Below are positions 62,609 to 64,000 of a stretch of 64,000 nucleotides of DNA, in pieces. The notes under the pieces were generated by a model. The model was given only the letters and a program-made list of their open reading frames with translations. It was not told the DNA's origin and searched no databases. The stretch is from the NCBI GenBank assembly GCA_963729045.1, contig CAVSMN010000009.1:96001-160000 (forward strand), given 5' to 3'. The stretch comes from an uncultured Nitrososphaeraceae archaeon (GTDB taxonomy: Archaea > Thermoproteota > Nitrososphaeria > Nitrososphaerales > Nitrososphaeraceae). Each line of letters starts with the position of its first letter. The stretch's first letter is position 1. Made by a program: the position numbers and the translations under genes.

Positions 62609-64000
62609 TTGCCTTATAAAGTTATAGATGGAAAAATTGAATCTTTGAATTTTACCGCAGAACAAATAATGATGAGACTAAAGGATGAAGAAATTAAATT
62701 TCTAGATTTACAGTTTACTGGTTTAACTGGTAGATTCCATCATACTACAATGGCCTCTAATATGTTCAAAAAAGAAGATTTTGAATATGGATTACCAAAA
62801 TTGGATGGTTCTTCAATTAGAGGTTTTACTGAGATCCACGAATCCGATTTGATAATAAGACCAGACCCTTCTACATACGCAATAATACCATGGATAAAAG
62901 AAGACAGAACAGCTAGACTAATTTGTGACATATTATCAGGAGGAGAAAATAGAAAGCAATTCAAAAAAGATCCTCGAGGTATTGCAAGAAAGGCCGAAGA
63001 GTATGTTAGACATCAAGGATATTATAATTCATTTTGGGGACCTGAAGTAGAATTCTTTGTTTTTGATAAACTAGAAGTAAATACAATGACGCCATATAGA
63101 TCTCAAAGTTATAATATTATATCAAAAGAAGCGCCGTGGTCAACAGAGGGTGTAGGGTATGCACTCAGATTAAAAGAAGGATACCTCCCAAGCGCCCCAG
63201 GTGACACATTAATGCAGTATCGTAATGAATGCGTAGATGTTTTGAGTAATAATTTTGGTATTATTTGCGATGCCCATCATCATGAAGTAGCAACAGCGGG
63301 ACAATGCGAAATCGATATAAGATTTGATACGTTAGTTAATGCTGCAGATTCTGTTCAAAGCTACAAGTATATTGTTAAAAATATAGCCAAGAAACAGGGC
63401 ATGATTGCAACTATGATGCCTAAACCAATCGCACTTGATAACGGTTCAGGAATGCATGTTAATGTGAGTTTATGGGATAAAGAAAAAAATCTATTTTATG
63501 ATATCAATGATTCATATGCAGAAATGTCTCAATTAGCCAGATATTTTGCGGCCGGAGTATTAGACCACGCTCCTGCATTGGCTGCAATAGTTGCTCCTAC
63601 AACTAATTCTTATAGAAGACTAGTGCCTGGATACGAAGCACCCGTGTACATTGCATGGAGTACTGGCAACAGATCTGCAATAATTAGAAATCCAGCTCAT
63701 TATAAAGGTGAAAGGTTTGCACACATGAAAAGGATAGAATTCCGAGCTCCTGATCCGTCATGCAATCCATATTTAGCATTTTCAGCAATAATATCAGCTG
63801 GTCTAGACGGGATAAAGAAAAAAACATCGATACCTGACCCGATAGATGAAGATATTTTTAAAATGGCACCACAGCGCAGACGCGAATTAGGAATTAGACA
63901 ATTACCACCTTCACTTAGAGAAGCATACGAGGAATTAAATATTGACAGAGAATTTTTAAAGCCGATATTTGACGATGAAATTATAGATTCAATAATCTTG
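62609..64000 (+). CDS. glnA: Glutamine synthetase type I (runs off window end)
   Basis: From TTG 62609: LDGSSIRGF, GPEVEFF, HHHEVATAGQCEI, MPKP, NGSGMH, NSYRRLVPGYEAP, IEFRAPDPSCNPY. Confidence 0.96.
   Translation, partial: MPYKVIDGKIESLNFTAEQIMMRLKDEEIKFLDLQFTGLTGRFHHTTMASNMFKKEDFEYGLPKLDGSSIRGFTEIHESDLIIRPDPSTYAIIPWIKEDRTARLICDILSGGENRKQFKKDPRGIARKAEEYVRHQGYYNSFWGPEVEFFVFDKLEVNTMTPYRSQSYNIISKEAPWSTEGVGYALRLKEGYLPSAPGDTLMQYRNECVDVLSNNFGIICDAHHHEVATAGQCEIDIRFDTLVNAADSVQSYKYIVKNIAKKQGMIATMMPKPIALDNGSGMHVNVSLWDKEKNLFYDINDSYAEMSQLARYFAAGVLDHAPALAAIVAPTTNSYRRLVPGYEAPVYIAWSTGNRSAIIRNPAHYKGERFAHMKRIEFRAPDPSCNPYLAFSAIISAGLDGIKKKTSIPDPIDEDIFKMAPQRRRELGIRQLPPSLREAYEELNIDREFLKPIFDDEIIDSIIL

Overview
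AT-rich archaeal chromosome segment, most consistent with a soil ammonia-oxidising archaeon (Nitrososphaeraceae, Ca. Nitrosocosmicus-like). This is inferred from gene content (GINS/MCM/RFC, TiaS, intron-containing tRNAs, cupredoxin, urease) and not from a database search. Layout: (1) 1-20 kb core genes: thrC, hisI, tiaS, two double-intron tRNAs, grpE-dnaK-dnaJ, aIF2-beta, gins-mcm, rfcS, queCE, an NCS1 permease and an NDH-2-like flavoprotein. (2) 20.4-35.3 kb extended urea-utilisation locus: UT urea channel, ureABC, then a divergent thermosome-like chaperonin plus an uncharacterised ORF inserted between ureC and ureEFGD, then a His-tailed metal ABC transporter. It is flanked by a truncated DUR3-USP fusion, an Lrp regulator and a ParB-domain gene. 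(3) About 35.5-55.3 kb accessory, decaying region ending at tRNA-Pro, with pseudogenes, secreted proteins, tandem repeats and an intact 721-aa class-III cyclase / PLD-like / SAM-methyltransferase fusion. (4) 55.5-64 kb core genes: ahbAB, AKR, DUF1802, chdC-like, sufC, cupredoxin, a second GINS gene and glnA. About 15 genes carry small frameshifts, many in homopolymers, which suggests uncorrected long-read errors, so most split genes should not be treated as true pseudogenes. The best novelty candidates are the cyclase-methyltransferase fusion and the urease-embedded chaperonin module. All family calls come from motif recognition by eye.
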